Shown one piece after another: positions 61,186 through 64,000 of a stretch of DNA of 64,000 nt (its first letter is position 1; each line of letters starts with the position of its first letter). Below the pieces are notes generated by a model that saw nothing but the letters and a program-made list of their open reading frames with translations, ran no database searches and had not been told where the DNA came from. The position numbers and the translations under genes were made by a program. This DNA comes from a bacterium. Its GTDB lineage: Bacteria; Hinthialibacterota; Hinthialibacteria; Hinthialibacterales; Hinthialibacteraceae. The stretch is taken from assembly GCA_016125385.1 (NCBI GenBank), contig WGLV01000015.1, positions 2,555 through 66,554 on the forward strand. The letters run 5' to 3'.

Positions 61186-62481
61186 ATGACCGTGTCGATC
61201 TATCGAATTCACTTTCACCTGCTTGCTTTGTTGTTGTTGCTGTCGATCGCCGCGCCGGGTTGGACGCTGACTGAAGAAGAAAAAGCGGAAGGCTACATCC
61301 CGCTCTTTAATGGCGTCGACCTGTCCGGCTGGAAAATCATGGGCAATGAAGACGCCTGGAAAATCGAGGGTGGAACCATTCACGCCCTGCCCAATCTCGA
61401 TGGCGGCTACATCGAAAGCGAAGAGTCGTTCGGCGATTTTATCTTACGTGTCGAGTATAAAACCGGTCAGAACGCCAACAGCGGCGTCTTTATGCACGTC
61501 CCTAAATACGGGCGTCAGTCACGCGTGGGCGGCGAGATTCAGATATTCGACAGTTACGGCAAAGAGCCCACCACCACCAGCGCGGGAGCCCTGTATGACA
61601 AAGTCGCTCCACTGAAAACGGCGTGCAAACCGGCGGGCGAATGGAACGACCTTGAAATTCACTATGAATATCCTCAACTGGTCGTGAAGTTGAATGACGT
61701 CATCGTTCAGAACCTCGACGTCAGTCAGGACGAGCGCATCGCCTGGCGTAAGCGTTTTGGCCCCTTCGGTCTTCAGGAACACGGTAACAACGTCTGGTTC
61801 CGTAACGTCCGCGTCAAAGACCTGGGCGGTGAGAGCATGGAATCATGGACGCCGTTGTTCCCCGAAGGCGGGTTCGATTTGTGGCAAAATTCGGGCAAGC
61901 CCAACTGGAAATACCAGGGCGCCGTCATGATGCTGTACATTGAAACCCAGGGCGCCGAGCAGGGCATGGAATTTCCTAAAGATCGCGAGCGATGGAACCT
62001 GCTCGGTCAGGCCGAATGGAAGATTCAGGACCCGGAAATCACCGGTAAATATGGCGATGGATTTCTCGTCACCCGAAAAGCCTATAAAAACTTCGAACTG
62101 TGGGCGTACGTCAAAACCAGCCCGGAAGCGTTTGGCGGTATCTGGTACCGCTGGAAAAGCCCTGATGATCCCGGCTACTGCGTGACATTGTGGAACGATC
62201 GCCACGATAAAACCAAAACCGGCGGCATTGCGGTGAAGGGCAAAAACTGGCGCGACCTCCAGATGGTGGCGCCCGCCGCCGAGAAATATGTTCGTGACGT
62301 CGACTGGTTCCCCTTGCAGATCATTGCGAAGGATGGAACCACCTGGGTGATCGTGAACGGAAACGTCGCCGCGAAATATGAGGAGACTGAAGCGCGTGAA
62401 GGACGAATCGGATTGACTGTGTTCAGCAGCAGCGAAACCACTATCAGTCTTCAGGACGTTCGGATTCGCGAACTCGATTAA
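61186..62481 (+). CDS. Tandem DUF1080 (3-keto-disaccharide hydrolase-like) protein
   Basis: Signal peptide, PLFNGVDLSGW, NSGVF, GEWNDLEI and LQEHGNNVWFRNVRVK, then a second degenerate copy; GGAGG RBS. Confidence 0.85.
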   Translation: MTVSIYRIHFHLLALLLLLSIAAPGWTLTEEEKAEGYIPLFNGVDLSGWKIMGNEDAWKIEGGTIHALPNLDGGYIESEESFGDFILRVEYKTGQNANSGVFMHVPKYGRQSRVGGEIQIFDSYGKEPTTTSAGALYDKVAPLKTACKPAGEWNDLEIHYEYPQLVVKLNDVIVQNLDVSQDERIAWRKRFGPFGLQEHGNNVWFRNVRVKDLGGESMESWTPLFPEGGFDLWQNSGKPNWKYQGAVMMLYIETQGAEQGMEFPKDRERWNLLGQAEWKIQDPEITGKYGDGFLVTRKAYKNFELWAYVKTSPEAFGGIWYRWKSPDDPGYCVTLWNDRHDKTKTGGIAVKGKNWRDLQMVAPAAEKYVRDVDWFPLQIIAKDGTTWVIVNGNVAAKYEETEAREGRIGLTVFSSSETTISLQDVRIRELD

Positions 62482-62503
62482 ACGCCGCGGATGAAATGAA
62501 AAC

Positions 62504-62534
62504 AAAAGGCCGGTCGAAATTGACCGGCCTTTTT
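62504..62534. terminator. Bidirectional terminator
   Basis: AAAAGGCCGGTC-GAAATT-GACCGGCCTTTT between convergent genes. Confidence 0.8.
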
Positions 62535-62552
62535 CACGTTCGTGCTTTTGTG

Positions 62553-64000
62553 TTATTCCGTATACGATCCCGTTGAGCGAGTGAGAGTAAAGTCCTGATC
62601 GCCCGCCTTGATGCTGTAGTCCGCCTCTTTCAGGTTGATGGCGGGGTCGAGTACGGTGACGATTCCCTTGACGTAATCGACGGTGTAGCCCTCGCCTTCC
62701 TTGAGCGTCTTCCCGTTCAGCGAAACGCTGATTTCGCCGGGCTTGAGCGTCCGTAATCCATAAAATACGTTCCGTGGGTTGGGGATGGCGGAGGCGAAAA
62801 TGTATTCGTCTTCTTTCAGCGTCAGATCGTGAAGAAACGTGATTTGGCTTTTCTTCTCGTTATAGACGTAATCTTTTTCTTCGCCACGCAACAGCCATTG
62901 AGAGATGCCTGGCGTTTTTGTATTGCCGATACCTAACAGCAGGCCTTTTTGTTGAATCGGCCTGGGAAACACATAGACGCGCGGGTCATCGGTTGGAAGA
63001 GGCGACATGCCGATCGATTCACTGTAATCCACGTCCGGATCGACGTCGGGTGAAGGAACGTAATCGGATTGCGGAGATTCGCCGCCGTTTCCGAATGACA
63101 TCGTTCTGCCATTTTTTGACGTGGCGGTTACGTAATACGATGCGTGTTTTTTTAATATGGCCGGGTGAGTGACGGCGACTCGCCCTGTGTCGTAATCGGC
63201 TTGATAGTCATGTCCTTCGGTGAGCTCGTTTCCTTCCAGCATGACGCGGATCGATCCATTTTTGATTCCCCCGTCGACCAGAAATACATTGGGCGTGGGT
63301 ACGCCCTGTACAAAGAGATATTCTCTTTCCGCGGAGGGCGTATCGAAATCGTCTTTGACTCTGACGTGATCGCGAAGAGTAATCGTCGCCGTGCTTTCAT
63401 CATAGTCATAATCGACGCCGCGTTTGAGCCAGTTGAAGGCTCCATCGTACTTGAGTTTGTTGATGGAAACTTGCAATCCTTTGACTTGGAAGGGGGAATA
63501 CAGACGAAACTTGTTGCTTTTTCCAATCCGCATCGCGTTCGTCCCCACGGTGTCATTAGGATCAACATCGGGATCGTGATCCGGCGATGGCTTCCATTCG
63601 GTTTGGCCTTCTCCCCTCGGAGAGTAATTGCCAAACATGTGTCCGGGGCTTTGGATCGAATAGCGCGTGTGAGGTCCGATGATGGCGGCTGTTTCGTTTA
63701 TCGTCAGTTTCCCCGTATCATAGTCGAGTTTGAAATCGGTCCCTTCCTTTAACGAGCGGTCGTCGACCGTGACTGTAACCGAGCCTTGGCGCATACCCGG
63801 TTCCAGCATGAAGACGTTTCGCTTTGGTTCGCCCTGAACGAATACGAATTCATCCGCTCCCAGTGAAAGCGGTTGTGCGAAGGCGATCGTCCCCGTCTCG
63901 GGATCGTATTGATAATCGGCGCCTGAAGTCAGCCACTTCATCTCTCCAAGCCGGTCGCGGCTGGCGATTCCGACGTTCATCGTTTCAGGTTTCATGACAT
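62553..64000 (-). CDS. Hypothetical protein with tandem G-x-D-Y-x-x-D-x-x-x-G repeats (probably 5'-truncated by the window edge)
   Basis: Six related beta-rich units arranged as three A-B pairs. The frame stays open upstream of the ATG at 63995 to the window end. Confidence 0.75.
   Translation of the reverse strand, partial: VMKPETMNVGIASRDRLGEMKWLTSGADYQYDPETGTIAFAQPLSLGADEFVFVQGEPKRNVFMLEPGMRQGSVTVTVDDRSLKEGTDFKLDYDTGKLTINETAAIIGPHTRYSIQSPGHMFGNYSPRGEGQTEWKPSPDHDPDVDPNDTVGTNAMRIGKSNKFRLYSPFQVKGLQVSINKLKYDGAFNWLKRGVDYDYDESTATITLRDHVRVKDDFDTPSAEREYLFVQGVPTPNVFLVDGGIKNGSIRVMLEGNELTEGHDYQADYDTGRVAVTHPAILKKHASYYVTATSKNGRTMSFGNGGESPQSDYVPSPDVDPDVDYSESIGMSPLPTDDPRVYVFPRPIQQKGLLLGIGNTKTPGISQWLLRGEEKDYVYNEKKSQITFLHDLTLKEDEYIFASAIPNPRNVFYGLRTLKPGEISVSLNGKTLKEGEGYTVDYVKGIVTVLDPAINLKEADYSIKAGDQDFTLTRSTGSYTE

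Overview
GC-rich bacterial chromosomal window. The style of the pilin-like gene and the secreted proteins suggests a candidate-phylum organism such as Hinthialibacterota/OLB16; this is inference only. Housekeeping genes: partial pyrB, pyrR, rluD, cysK, typA, a rimK operon, ruvB, tRNA-fMet, alaS and an rlmD-like methyltransferase. Glycan-use genes: GH2, DUF2961/GH172, sulfatase, DUF1080, DUF4038-like and a multi-CBM protein. Signalling genes: GGDEF, a sigma54 activator and a hybrid kinase. Other modules: a corrinoid/UroD-like methyltransferase module, an sxtIJK-like carbamoyltransferase module, a SIR2-short Argonaute (SPARSA) defence island with a second SIR2 remnant, and an Xre/MbcA-RES toxin-antitoxin pair whose toxin is frameshifted. 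The most interesting signal is a shared C-terminal motif, V-[SN]-D-[WY]-x-[MV]-[QFY], on three unrelated signal-peptide-bearing proteins; it is a candidate sorting signal. One carrier is an orphan OmcA/MtrC-type decaheme cytochrome with no lipobox and no adjacent mtrAB, behind a GG-N10-GC sigma54 promoter next to its probable activator. Also notable are a bactofilin-CBM48 fusion, a permease gene split by one in-frame TAG, and a calcium-binding protein behind a sigma28-like promoter. Domain names come from motif recognition by eye; no database searches were run.
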